Shown here: positions 1 to 12,403 of the stretch, in pieces | Position numbering within the stretch: the stretch's first letter is position 1 | Layout: the number at the start of each line of letters is the position of its first letter | Assembly (NCBI GenBank): GCA_965178125.1 | Contig: OZ237754.1 | Location: 558,001 to 622,000 of the forward strand | Length of the DNA stretch: 64,000 nucleotides | Origin: Bilabrum cf. latius | Taxonomy: Eukaryota | Direction of reading: 5' to 3' | The notes under the pieces: model-generated | What the model was told of the DNA's origin: nothing | Database searches by the model: none | The model's input: only the letters and a program-made list of their open reading frames with translations | Position numbers and translations under genes: made by a program

Positions 1-1
1 G

Positions 2-133
2 GGTAGGTGCGTGGCCAGCTGGGCACTGATAGGGACCAGCATTGCTGCCGCGATCATGTTCATCGTGGGCGCGCTGACGATCGTGTACTGCTTTTGTAGT
101 ACATTATTCTGCTGCTGTTCCAAGGAAGCATAA
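2..133 (+). CDS. Possible 3' end of a membrane protein gene (TM helix + Cys cluster), truncated by window start
   Basis: Frame reads GRCVASWALIGTSIAAAIMFIVGALTIVYCFCSTLFCCCSKEA then TAA (131-133); no recognisable family. Confidence 0.35.
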   Translation, partial: GRCVASWALIGTSIAAAIMFIVGALTIVYCFCSTLFCCCSKEA

Positions 134-683
134 CCTGCTCGGTGCGACTGGCTCGCTCAGGAGAGCAGACCCGCACAGCAACGCGGCGCAGCACGCCTCA
201 ATGGAACGGGGCGAGGGTAACTCCGTGGAATGTGAATTGCTAGTCACATTTATCAGTCAATTATCTGCCACGTGCTACAGGTCTACGTAATGCGAATGCA
301 CAGCCCTGATCCCTGGATTGAGTAGGCGAGGCAGATGCATCTGCATGCCCTGGCCCTGGCACATTGAGCTACACACGACTTATGATCCAGCTGGTTGGGC
401 CTCTACCTGCATTGTTTTTTGATCATGCCATCTTCATCGTGCTGAAGATGGTTGTACGGTCGATGCAGTTGTTGGTCCTCCTTCTCTTCCCGGCGACTAG
501 ACTCTGTTCTTGCGGCACTTATCACCGCAATGCAGCAAAATTCTGGCGATTAGACCAAATATTTAGAGAAAATGCCCCATAGTTAGTTAGACCCTGCAGT
601 TTTGTGGTCTCCATGACGATGTTTTCGCGATCGCCGATCCTAGTGAATCTCTTGCTGCTTGGTTCCCAATCCACGCAGCTGCA

Positions 684-3600
684 ATGGCATCAGTTATCCT
701 GTATCTTGGCCCATCAGACGGTATTGCTTTAGCATATTCATCCAAAGGTTTGTATTCCGGCCTTACTAGCCCAAAACTAGATGCTGTTTGGGTCCTCAGC
801 ACCGCTGTGGCGATGCGAGAATTGCCAATGCTTGGCATCACAGTCCCTCAGCCGGCAAATCCGTTGAAGGATAAATCATTGGATGAATATGTTGGTGTGG
901 CAGCTGGCATGCACTCATTATGCTGTGTGGATGCCTGCCTTGCTTTTCCATGCGTTTCGCTTGCTGCCGTTCCACAAGCTCCCCCAATGATCAATCAAGT
1001 TTCAGGCGTGGTAGGATACTCACTTGATAGACTTCACCATATCATGGATACACCTGTCAAGCTCCAAGACTCGAGCGAAACCATAGAGCCATCCAGTCTC
1101 CAGTCTGACCAATCCAGATACTATTCGTAGTACGATGTCACGCTGGCGGCAACCGGGATGATGGTGGCTGCTTAGTAGTTCTTTGAAGACGTCACTGAAA
1201 CAGACGACCCGCTGAAGGAGCTAGCTGCTGCATGCTTGCGGGAGCGTGCACGGGCAGGCAGCGCACAGGATGAGGACGAGGACGACATGCAGGCACAGCC
1301 AGCAGCCTCGGCAATACTCCGTCTCCCAGACGACGCCAGGTCCATAGTTTTCTCTAGCGATGAAGAGGCAAACGAGCGCGTGACAAGCGGGGTAGTTGCA
1401 TACTTGGATGGGTTCAAGCCAAACCTTCGCGACCGTGGCCAGACCGACCACTCAATGCTGGGCAGATACTCTGACAGCCTCGCCGACGCCGTCGGCAGCT
1501 CGCTTGCAACTCAAGACTTTGCCATGAGCATCAATTTAGAGGGCGACTCTGCAATTGGTCGCGCAAGGGTACCAGGTGGCAGGAATCGCGCGGGCCAGCC
1601 TGCAGGGGTCCCAGTTGCTAGAGAGGGGTCAACTCCAAGTAAGAACATGAAGAAACTGAACGTGCCCCACGTTACCAAGTCCACTACTGCAAGCGTGGGG
1701 CGCGTTCAGCGTCATAGCTCGCACTTCCCAGCTGGTACTAGCTTGACAGACATATGTCTTGTGGCCGATCAACCGCTCGAGGAGCACAGAAATGGCGCGA
1801 AGGTATCTCCTGCTGCATCCCGGAGTTCGCACTCGACCGCAAGTGCAGTCGAACTTGGCCGAGGTGCCGCCAGCACAGCAATAGAGGAGAGATGGCAGTA
1901 TCGGCGGGTTTCGTCTGCCATGCACACAATGCGATGGACGAGGATGGCCATTCGGATGCAAAGCGTCAAGAAGGTCTTATTGTTCCGTCTTGCGGAGTTT
2001 AGCCAGAAACGGTCGTCTGCCATGGAGCCCACGCCTCTTTTTAGGAACCCATGCTTGATCGAGTGCCCAAGCATGTGCTGCATGTGCTGCAAGGACTGCC
2101 CATCGGCCGATGTGCAGTGCATGTGTATTGGGGATTTGTGTCGAGTCACGGTACCGACTATCCTTTGGCTGGTGCTGGCGCTCCATGTTGTGTTAGCGCT
2201 ACTGCCGCTGTCGTGCGTGCAGGCAGGTTCTCGGCACTTTGCTGCAATGTAGGGTAACAAGAGCATTGAGGCTGCATTCGAGCAGAATGCGACTTTGGCA
2301 GCGGCTTCACTGCGGGAGTCCCTGGATTGGTGCGGCGTGGACGCTGGTGCGATTGATTGGCAGGTTGACCTGGACGACTCAATGGGCCTCCATGCTGCAG
2401 CTGAGCGTCTGGCCGGGCATCGTCTGTGGCCGGCAGCTAGTGGAGGGCTGGTATTAATCGTCATGTTCTACTTGTCACTGATTGCAACGTCTTGCTTCCT
2501 TGCTCGCGGGCAAGGTTCCGCATATGACGACGAATGGATGGACCAGAAAGACTACTGCTGTCTTGTGTACATCGTAGGATACAGGCCGCTAATGTTTGTG
2601 TCAATGATGATTCATGGAGAGCATACAGCTACGTTACTCTCGGCGGAGTCTGCATGCATTGCTTTGTTGTTCCACCTGTTTGCCGCATTTGGCCTGATGG
2701 CAAGCGTCACGTGGGACTCTTTTCTGTCTGGGGACATCGATGTCTCGCCTGTTCACGACAACGGGGGCTTGCCAGGATACTTGCCAGGATACTCGCTCAG
2801 TGAGTTGCAGCAGACAAGAGACACAGGTGCGGTTGTCATTGCCGCGGGTGCGTTGCTGCTGGTCGGTGCAACCTGTCTTTGCGCTTGCCAAGCCGTATTG
2901 GCAGTTTGCTGCGCAATGAAGTAGGAGAGAACGATGCTGCCCCTTATACCATGTATCGGCTGCAACACGGCTGCATCTAGTGCGATCGTTGGAACTATTG
3001 TTGCGGTGATTGCGATTGGCCACTGCATGATTACGGTTTAGGCAGCGGATTCGTTTGGTGAAGCCTTGCACAGCTGCATGATCAGATTCGTTTATGCAGC
3101 TGCTGTGATTGCTGTTGCAATGCAATCTGTAAAGATCTGCAGCAGGATCTGGGGCGTGCTCCTTTGGAGCCTGGCTGAAGACTTGGAGTACGTATATGAC
3201 GAATTGCTGCCGACTACTCGGATAGTTGGGTACGGGATCCTGTTGCCTTGCATGTCCGAGAAGAGTGCCCCCGAGGTGTCACTGCTGGTCTACCACAGCG
3301 TCTTGGTGGTTCCATTTGCGCTGATAGCTGCAGCAGCAAGCCAATCATAGGGTACGGACTTTTTGCTGGGTGCGAATCGACCGATGTCCTGGTCACTTGT
3401 GGCTGTGCTGTGCAGCCTTGCCGCAGTGCGAGTCTTCCTTGGCACCCCGCAGCTCTGGCGCCTTGTTCTGTGGCGGTTGCGTTATTGGATGGGTATCGGA
3501 CAGGATGCAAGCTGGTACTAGCGATAGCTTTTGGCGATGGAGCGATGTCGGGCATCGATTGCCGTGGCCATGGCATGGGTGGCGGCGACGGACAGAGGGG

Positions 3601-4280
3601 CAGGGCAATCTCAGCCAGTGCATATGCACGATCGAGTGCTTGCACTACTAAGCCGGCCCATTCGAAAGCGCGTGCTGGACACTTTGTGGCCGCAGGACAG
3701 AGAGGACGTGGGCGTGGAACCGTCGCATATTTCGCTGGATGAATGTGTGCAGAAGCACGAGCAATGGGTGCGTCACCGCGACTATAGGCAGCCACGCGAG
3801 CAATCAGAGCCGCCGCCCGAGCTGCAGCTAATATCCCGAGATGCTATCCACGATACGCTGCGCGACCAAGCGTCTGGCGTGTACACGCGTTGCCGCCAGC
3901 GCCTGGCAGCTTTGATTGGAGGAGAGCACCACCTGTTTCTGTTCTTCGAGGCGTTGCTAAATGCGATCTAGGCTAAGCTTGGTGCAGAGACGACGAGAGG
4001 AGGCAAGCTGACGCGCGAGGTGGACTGGTTGCGAGGTCAGCACGATGCTGCCGGTCCTGGGGTTGGCAAGTAGAGATTTGCTGCAGTTGAAAGCACTTGC
4101 AGTGACACCGACTGTAGGGGCATGCCTGCAGCGGTTGCTATGAGTGCTGCTGGCCCGGGAGGCTCTCCCTCTGAAGCACTTGATTCTGTTGCTGTGGGGT
4201 AGTTGGATTACGGCAGCTCGGAGCTTCTTTCGACCTACGGGGCTGCCATGCTCGCTCTCTTAGCCGAACGCTATCGCTGA
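684..4280 (+). CDS. Hypothetical Cys-rich multi-pass membrane protein, ~1198 aa with TAG=Gln; 5' end uncertain
   Basis: ORF-track pieces 684, 1236, 2295, 3066, 3531 are all in one frame, separated only by TAG (12 in total); first TGA at 4278-4280; many hydrophobic helices; frame is open upstream to 423. Confidence 0.75.
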
Positions 4281-4613
4281 GCTGGGTCAATGCGCGTCCG
4301 AAGCGGTCTGCATACGTACTGGCAGCGAGTTGTGGGTGGGATTCGGAGTCCAAAATTGGGGTTGCCCTAGTGGTCTATGGCGTGCCGTCAGGGCGGCTGT
4401 AGGGTACCGGAGGCAACCCATAACTTGTTTCGTTGACGGTACCTCCAGTCTTGGTTCGTTGATTTTGTGGGGGCTGTGACCAGTGGTGGTCACTGCCAGT
4501 CAGCCATGGCAGTGGCATGGGCGGAAAGCTGCGGCATGCCATCTTTGAGAGCAATCTAGCCTTGGATCGTACTTATAAACATGTACAGCAAAGCAATAAT
4601 TCTGGTTCGGGTC

Positions 4614-5635
4614 TCAAGTCAACGAGAGGTGGAGCATTGACGCTGGGCGAGCGCCTCCCCAGGCCACTACGCCTCTGTGCCAGGTGCGGTCCATGCTGGA
4701 ATCCGGATGAGGGACTCCAATAATAGCAGGACCGCACCCAGTGAGGCGAGTGGCGCTAGAGAAGAGCTTGCTAAGTGATGCACCACCGGCCCGAGCCAAC
4801 CCAACATAGCCTGCTGGCTCATTCACACAATTCGCCAGCCTCTGCGAATGGCCTGCGAATGGATCAAACAGCGGTGGCCTAGGTCGAGTCACACAGACTG
4901 GACCAATGGCTGTCGCTCCTGCTGCCGCCGGTGCAGCAGTGAGGTGGCTGCTCGAGTCGGCTTGGGTCATCAGGAGAGGGACCACATCCCGCTCGATCCA
5001 GAGCTTGATTGAATCCCTGACAGCGTGGAGCCGCTTCATCTGCTCCTCCTCGTCCTCGTCTGGGTCATGGTGGTCGGGGTCGGGGAACAGCCTGTGCACA
5101 TTTTTGGCGGCTTTCGGCGGGATAGGGCAGCTTGCATCGTCGCACAGCAGAAATGCAGTATCGAATAGGATGCCTTTCACCTCGGGGTCCCCCGTTCCCT
5201 TGGATCGCAGGCCCTCAGTGCCCACGCCGATCTCGCTGAGCGCCTTGAGCGCGAGAGGGTGGGGCTGGCTGGGCCTGCTACCAGCAGAGGGGTGGGTCGG
5301 TGCAGCCGCGCGTCTCCGTCGCTCTCCTGCACGGCATGCTTGAGCAGTGCTTCTGCCATGATGGCGCGGCAGCGGTTGGCGCCACACACGAACACAAGGC
5401 TTTGCGGGTGCTCTCCAGGCAGCTCGTTGTCCCTGTATCGCCACCTTGGCCGTATTCTCTCAGCTTTTGCTTGCAGGTCTTGGCCGACCTGCCAAGGGGC
5501 CCCTACAGCCAGGTTGGCAAAATCCTCCCGGTCCGCCCTTACGAGCGACCATTTGGCCTTCGCTGCAGCCCTCCTCGATCCCTTCGAGACGAAGTCGAGG
5601 ATCCTTGAGTGGTTCTGCATGGTCCGTGAGTTCAT
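4614..5635 (-). CDS. ArsC/LMW-PTP family protein (arsenate reductase-like) with a frameshift at ~5289-5302
   Basis: P-loop LVFVCGANRCRAIMAEALL in one frame; SAGSRP..HPLALKALSEIG..SK..FD..LLCDDASCP..FPDP..VRDSI in another frame; ends TGA. Could be an assembly indel or a pseudogene. Confidence 0.7.
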
Positions 5636-5903
5636 AGTGTGGTACACACGTTATTCTCCCCGAACATGCTGGTGCTAGGCGGCGACTGAGAAACGAGCCC
5701 GAGCCACAGAAGGCCATCACAAGAGATGCGCATTGGCCGGACGAGTCGAGACACGCCGCCCCTTCAAGTTGTCCCCCTAACCGGCAGAGAACTATGCACT
5801 AGAATTCCACTCTTGCTGGCAACCACAGAGATAAACATAAGTTTATTGAATAATTTCGTAGATAGAATCTAGCAAAGTAAAGCAAGTTCAATGGCCACTG
5901 AAT

Positions 5904-6587
5904 TCAGCCGAGCCTGATGCTGTCGCCGGTCATCACCCGTGGCGGGTACTGCACCGCGAAAGACTTGTCGCTCAAAGTTGTACCCTTCTTGAACATATCC
6001 TTTCGAGTCACGGCCCTCATCCTTGAGCGCCACTCGTGCACCATGAAGAAGACGATCACCGTGGCTTGCCCGCCTCGACGGCACTCGTCCAGCCGCTTCC
6101 GCTGGTACTCTGCGAATGTAGTGTCGCTGGCAAGAGCGGGCACATCATCACTGATCCTGTCCTTGCTGATGCGCTCCAGCGAATATTCCCAGCTCGAACC
6201 TACCTTTCGCAAGGAGATTATTGCTCGCTCATTCGACTTCGGGTACATTATCACCTTCGCCTCCGATTTGAGATGATTTATGAAGTCAAAAGGACTTGGG
6301 GCAAGACGACCGACGCGACCTTTCATCCGACCAGGCGCAGTGCTTGATTTCGACTTCACCCTTCCGGCCGCTGCCTCAGGAAAATGAGATAGCCTAGAAG
6401 GGCCGCAAGAAGACGATGGTTTCTATGCCCCCTCGCTCTCTGGTACAACAGATCTACCAGCTTCCTCCCATGCAGAGTGCCGGTCACTTGCGTACTTGCC
6501 TGGACACTTGGAGACATCATCAGAATGGGTAATGCCAGCCATTCCGGAAGCTGAGTGAAGTACACCGTGTTGCGATGCAACCGCCAT
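5904..6587 (-). CDS. Hypothetical protein (~227 aa, one in-frame TAG)
   Basis: ORF 5904-6359 extends through TAG (6423) to ATG at 6587; ends TGA; no recognisable domain; an upstream exon is possible. Confidence 0.45.
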
Positions 6588-7132
6588 GGATGCGTTTTGA
6601 ATATGATATACAAGAGGAACCTCGGCTTACGCGCCGAAAATTGGCGCCTTGTACGTAGCGATAAGTAATTGAAATGTGGAAAGTTTCCCCACCCGAAAGT
6701 TGTTTTCGGAATATCACGCTACAATTGAAGTCACGTGCAATTACTCGGACTGAAGTAGCCACCGAGTCACTGTGCACGATATTGGGCAGTATCGCCGTTA
6801 GTATGTCGTTTCAATCAAATGTCTTGTATTTTCAGTTTCGAAGCGCTGGCTTGTGGCGAAGACGGTGTCCAAATTGCTGTGTGCTTGACTGCTTTGCAAG
6901 CAGCGACCTGTTCCAGTCGCTCGTGGCAAAAATTGTATTTGTGCATGCCAGCTAGCGCCACAACCGGTCGTTCTTATAAGCCTTGATTGAGAGGCCCCAG
7001 CGCTAATCCACACGTCCTACCAGCGCACACAAGCCAAGTGAGCCCTGAAATATGGCACGACCCTGCTCTTCGTGTATAGTCGATGTATGATCGCCTTGCT
7101 CCATCCTTTTCAATGCCACACAGTAGGGAAAC

Positions 7133-10100
7133 ATGCAACATATTGCGGATGCCGCTCCATTCCTGTTTCCAGAAGAGCCCACCGACCGAGATCCTCAGAT
7201 TGCACACGTTGCCCGCCTGGATCCCAGCTACGTTACGACGGTGCTAGCACCGATTCGCTGGAACTGGTCGTGTCGTTGCATTACTTGCTGTCCTGGCTTC
7301 TGGTTTCCTATGTGGTCATGGTGTGAGCCAGTCATTGCCGAGAAAGATTCCAGTTGCGCTTCTCCAGAGTGCTGTTGCGATCCTTTCAAGAACAAGGCAT
7401 TCTGTGGCCTAGACTGCCCAGTGACGCGGGGACTCGGTCTGCTCTTAGTGTTTGCGTACCTTGTTGCTTCACCGAGCAATATTGAAAGGATCGGCGGTGC
7501 GTTGAGCGTGGAGGTGACTTGTAATGCAACAAATGCCGTGGATTTCGGTGGCTTGGACTCCATGGACGGGACGGGGAACGGCACGGCCGCTGCTTCAAGC
7601 GCAAATGTGGACACGATTTCTTGGGATGACTGGTATGGCCCAGTTGTTTTGCTCGGTGGCCTGTTTCTTGGGCTTGGCGTCCAACAGTTCGCAACCAGCG
7701 ATCGGGTGGAGGACCGCGTGGTTCAGAATGCCATATACACGGCTTGGTAGAATGACCATAGAGAGCGATGCGGTGCAAGCTGTCCTGGACCTGTGAGGCA
7801 CTTGCTGTTTTGGTTCTGCGCGAAGCCTGGCCATGTTCCATCGTGCTGTTGCTGCAGCTGCTACGGGACGTGGTGCAACTCTGCCACGCCGCTGTATTGC
7901 CACTGCTCTGTGGGTGCATGCTTTCGAGTCGTGTGGTGCTAGACGAGGCATAACAGGGACTCTCCAGACCCATCGTGCAACAATGCATGCGGGATGTGCC
8001 CAGCCTGCCAGCAGTACTGCCAGTGCACGGGTACCCCTGCTGAGCATTTCCAACGCTGCTGCGATGACTCATTTAAGGCATGCTGCGGTTGCTGCCTACC
8101 ATACCAAGATCCAGAGGACGTCACGGTTCCAGCGAACGATGCATGCCCGCGCTGCTGTGGATGCGGAGTGGAAGCAGGCTAGGCTCCGCAAGGCAACGGT
8201 ATGGAGGAGGTGCTCGTGCCAGCCATTCCGGGCGATGACTAGGGAGACCGATTGCCTGCCCGCAATTCAGGCAACAGCAGGGATGAGCCTGGTAGTCGTG
8301 CTGGTGCTAGTCAGGCTCAGCAGATCTTGGAGAAGGATGAGGTCGTGTCAGCCATTGGGAATGGATCAGTGGCAGAGGCAGGGTCAGAGGCATGGACAGC
8401 GGCACGGACAGAGGCACAGGCAAGGGCAGGGGCAGGGGCAGCGGCAGCGGCAGCGGCAGGGGCAGGGTCAGAGGCATGGGCAGCGGCAGAGGAACAGGCA
8501 GAGGCTGTGGCAAGGGCAGGGCCAGGGGTGGGGGCAGGGGCAGAGGCAGGGGCAGGGGCAGTGGCAGGTCGCAGCTCAGGCGATGGGCCACGTATAAGCA
8601 CAGGGACATAGGCCTAGTCTCTTCGGCAGCAACCTGACATGGCTACCCAGACGAGCGACGGCTCGGGGCTCAGCCCCGAGCGTAATGTACGTGTCTGCAT
8701 CGGGTCGCAGGGCAGTGAAGCAAATGGCGATTCTCTCACTACAGAGGACAGCCACGACGCAGACCAAATTGCTGCAGAAAAGCAGCTTCTGAATTCCCCT
8801 GATGGAGACGCTAGCCCTTACTTCGCCGTTGAGCAGGTGCTTCAACATGCTTCCATTGCTACTTCCGGGGCAGGACAACCGACTGAGGGGTACGCATCTG
8901 CTGCCCATGCAGACACAGGAGATGCCCATGGAGCACCGGCAGCTCGCGGCACGCCAGTGGCCATCAGTCCCCCATCTGGCCAGGGGCGGCAACCAGCTGA
9001 AGTACCAGCAGACACAGGAGATGCCCATGGAGCACCGGCAGCTCGCGGCACGCCAGTGGCCATCAGTCCCCCATCTGGCCAGGGGCGGCAACCAGCTGAA
9101 GTACCAGCAGACACAGGAGATGCCCATGGAGCACCGGCAGCTCGCGGCACGCCAGTGGCCATCAGTCCCCCATCTGGCCAGGGGCGGCAACCAGCTGAAG
9201 TACCAGCAGACACAGGAGATGCCCATGGAGCACCGGCAGCTTGGGACTTGGCAATGGCCGTCAGACCCCTTTCTAGCGTCAGCACGGAGAGCCTGCCTAG
9301 AAATGAGACGGACACAAGGCAGTAGCAGGTTCGTCCTGACGATTTTCCACCACCTGACCCCCAGTCTGGTCATCGCCCAACTAGCGGACGGCCCCGGCGA
9401 ATCTTTGCTCCTGGATCAGCTGAAGGCAGGCGGGAGGCTGACACAACTGGTTTTGCGCCAGTCGTAGGCCCTGCTGGTCAGGATCCACAGATCTTCGGTG
9501 CATTTGCACGGCGGGAAATCCGTCAAGGCCTTGATGGCGACGAAAGTGAAGGTGAAGAAAGTGAAGGCGACGCAGGTGAAGGCGATGAAGATGAGGGTGG
9601 CATTGTGGCGTGTCAGTGTCGTTCGCCGCAACAGTGCTGTCACTGCTGCTAGAAAGTCTGCGTCACGGAGCGACGCAGATTCAAGCATGTCAGGTTCACA
9701 TTTGCGCAACTCTTCTGCACCTGGACTGCAGCACTTCCCGGTGCTATCTTCCCTGCACTGCCGGCGCAGCCACTTGCTGTTCTTGGTGCTTTCAACTTGC
9801 TTTTCGGCGCAGCTCTGCTCATTCAGGCGTACTCTTACGGTGTCAATAGTCTTTCCAGCGGATGGGTGCTATCGTACACGAGCTTGTACATCGGCATGCA
9901 GTTTATGACTGCGCCCCTGTAGCATTCGCGCCTGACTCTGTTTATCAGCAAGGTGTGGGGCTCAGAGGTGCCGAGTGGCACGGTGACAGTGGCGCCAATC
10001 GAAGGCCGGCCCTCCGCGAGGGACTGGCCGCCTACTCCCTCCGACAGGCGAGACAGTGATGAGATTTCAACCGGCGCAGTGGCACCCGTTCCTGCTGCCA

Positions 10101-10423
10101 CTCCAACTGTCCGACAGGGAACTTTGGCTGCGATGCAAGCTGAAAGTCATACTGCTGCGACTTTAGAACAGATGCCAGAGGAAACAGTCTTTCGAAGCTT
10201 CAGAAATATAGAGGCAAGATTAGCAGAGGAAATACGATTCATGCACCGGGTACGGGATCAGGATCTGCAGAACTTTGCGCGGTTGACCTAGCGTAATCTG
10301 GACGTGATTTGTTATGCGCTGGACGCAGCGCGAGGCGCTGTTGGTGAAGCAATCGAAGGCGACGGGGACGACAGCGAAGAGCATGATCATGAAGAGAGTG
10401 GGAGTGATGCTGGCGAGGGATAA
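7133..10423 (+). CDS. Hypothetical Cys-rich membrane protein with internal repeats, ~1096 aa with TAG=Gln; ends in TAA; upstream exons possible
   Basis: Pieces 7133, 7994, 8252, 8639, 9953 share one frame joined by 10 TAGs; TM helices near both ends; acidic C-tail then TAA 10421-10423. Confidence 0.7.
8370..8570 (+). repeat. Low-complexity GCAGGG/GCAGCG hexamer repeat encoding an Ala/Gly/Glu tract
   Basis: Degenerate hexamer runs read AGAGAAAAAAAGAGSEAW... in the gene frame. Confidence 0.8.
8909..9241 (+). repeat. Coding tandem repeat, 99-bp unit, ~3.4 near-identical copies
   Basis: ADTGDAHGAPAARGTPVAISPPSGQGRQPAEVP units start at 8909, 9008, 9107, and a partial unit at 9206. Confidence 0.95.
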
Positions 10424-10821
10424 GCATGAACTTCGCGTGTTAGCTTGCAGGGGCCCTGCATAGGCGACTGAAAAGATCAGCGGAGTTTCCACGGAGGATT
10501 TTCGATGCATCCTGGAATACATCGGCACAGGCAGGGCAAAGGTGACCCCCTACTGTCGAACCTTGTGGCGACCCTCGATATGCAGATGCGGGATGCATGA
10601 GACACTGATTGTCAGCGCCGCTCTTCCACGGAGTCGTGCAACCCTGCTTGCGGAGCCCATGGCGTGAGCATACTGATCTGTGCGAGGACCTGCCCAGTGC
10701 GACCCCCTGTCGGTGTGGTCGCTGTGATTTGGTAGTGTGTGCTTTGAGTAGGATATGATCATTATTTTCTATTTGAATCTGGTCTGTAGAGCACCGAAGC
10801 AATTGTCGATGAAGCACTTGG

Positions 10822-11769
10822 ATGCCTCGATTTGGCTCACCACCGGCATCACCGACAGGAGGCCAGCCCGATTTGACGCCAAAGGGCTCCCCTCCTCTAT
10901 CTTCAGTCCTGCCGCAGGAACATGCCCCGGAACGGGTCCTTCCTTAGGACCATGGACCTACAGTTGCAGAATCTAAAGGGAGAAAACGAGGACTGCGAAA
11001 GCGGAGGGTTGCGCGCAAGCATGACAGGGGCAAACGGTCGAAAGGCGAAGTCGATCAGCAGGTGCTTGGGCCAAGCCCGCCATCCAGTGCGACTGGGGGA
11101 CCGATAGCCGCATTTGTTGGGTCATAGCTTACTCCTACTGATGGCAATCGTGAGGATGCAGGCAGCATGCACTTCCTTGTGGTGCAGTCGATCGGTCTTC
11201 CCACGGGCAATGGAACGACTCGAGCAGTCACGCCAGCACTCGCTGCTCGCGATGACAGCCCAGAATCTGTCGCATTGAGCCAGGCCTCCTCTACCCGTAG
11301 GGGCAGCCCGAGCACCAGTAGCCCCCGAGCTGGACCAGCCTCGCCGGAGGAGAGCCCAAGGACGTGGTGCTTGGTCGTGGACGATGCAGCCACCAACAGG
11401 GATTTTCTTGCGGGTTTCCTGGCGCGCCGAGGCCTCACCGTGAGCCAGGCAGAGAACGGCAAACTGGCTGTACAGGCGTGTCGGCAGCGAGCGCAGGAGC
11501 TGGATGCATTGTGCGATGGTTCTTCAACTGCGTTCCTTGGCCTGATCACGATGGACAGGTCGATGACAGTAATGGACGGTGTGGAGGCAACCCGCGCGAT
11601 CCGGTCCGAGTTTGAGAATCGTTTCGTGATAGTCGGGATTACAGGAGATGCGCTTGGAGACGACTTGCAGTCGTTCAAGGAGGCGGGGCTAGACGCAGTG
11701 CTGGGGAAGCCTGTGGCTGGGAAGCAGGTGCTGAGAACGCTACGTGAGCTTCGGGCAGGCTCGTTTTGA
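10822..11769 (+). CDS. Response regulator receiver-domain protein (~315 aa, 2 in-frame TAG)
   Basis: REC motifs LVVDD, ITMDRSMTVMDG (phospho-Asp), VGITG, LGKP; frame extends through TAG 11125 and 10945 to ATG 10822; ends TGA-TGA; basic stretch RKRGLRKRRVARK. Confidence 0.85.
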
Positions 11770-12403
11770 TGAGCGCGACTGCAGGCGATACTGCTTTGAT
11801 CCGGGATGTGACTGATGCCATCCCATTTATTTATGAGCACTGTGGTGCATTGGCGCACTCACCCCTGCGACCCCGCAAAACGCGAGGATGAAGATTATTG
11901 CGTAGCCAACCGTCACAATATTACAGATCAAGTATACTGCAGCGCAATCTCTTTTGAAATGGACGCTCCACCTGGAACTCTCTTCAAAATGCATAAAGTC
12001 GACGTGTCGGACCAAGGGTGAGAGACTACTATTCATTACAGCTCGAGAAAGCGTATCACAAGAATCGGGTCGATCGTGTATTTGTGGAGGTATTCGTTGC
12101 ATTGACGCACGCAGCTTACCGTATGACTACGAGTGCCAGCCAATATGGTTTCTGTACTTCGATGCCCCGTCTGGCTGCGTGCGCTCTGCCGGATTTCGTC
12201 GATCTGGGGGGCCCGCAGCAGCGTCGTCCATACTGCTCGGCACGGACTCTTTGGCATTCAGGGCATCCAAAGGCTCGCTTGGTAGCGACTGGTCAATCTT
12301 GTTCAATATTTGCAATATTTGCAGGATCGAAAGGTCCGCATCTAATCGGTGCTGCTTAGAGGTGCTTCTTGCTCCGCATTCAGCGGAGCGTCCAGGCAAG
12401 TTT

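Noticed and set aside
8909-9241. CRISPR array (also considered for the 126-bp and 90-bp repeats)
   Set aside because: Head-to-tail units with lengths divisible by 3, no unique spacers, inside coding frames
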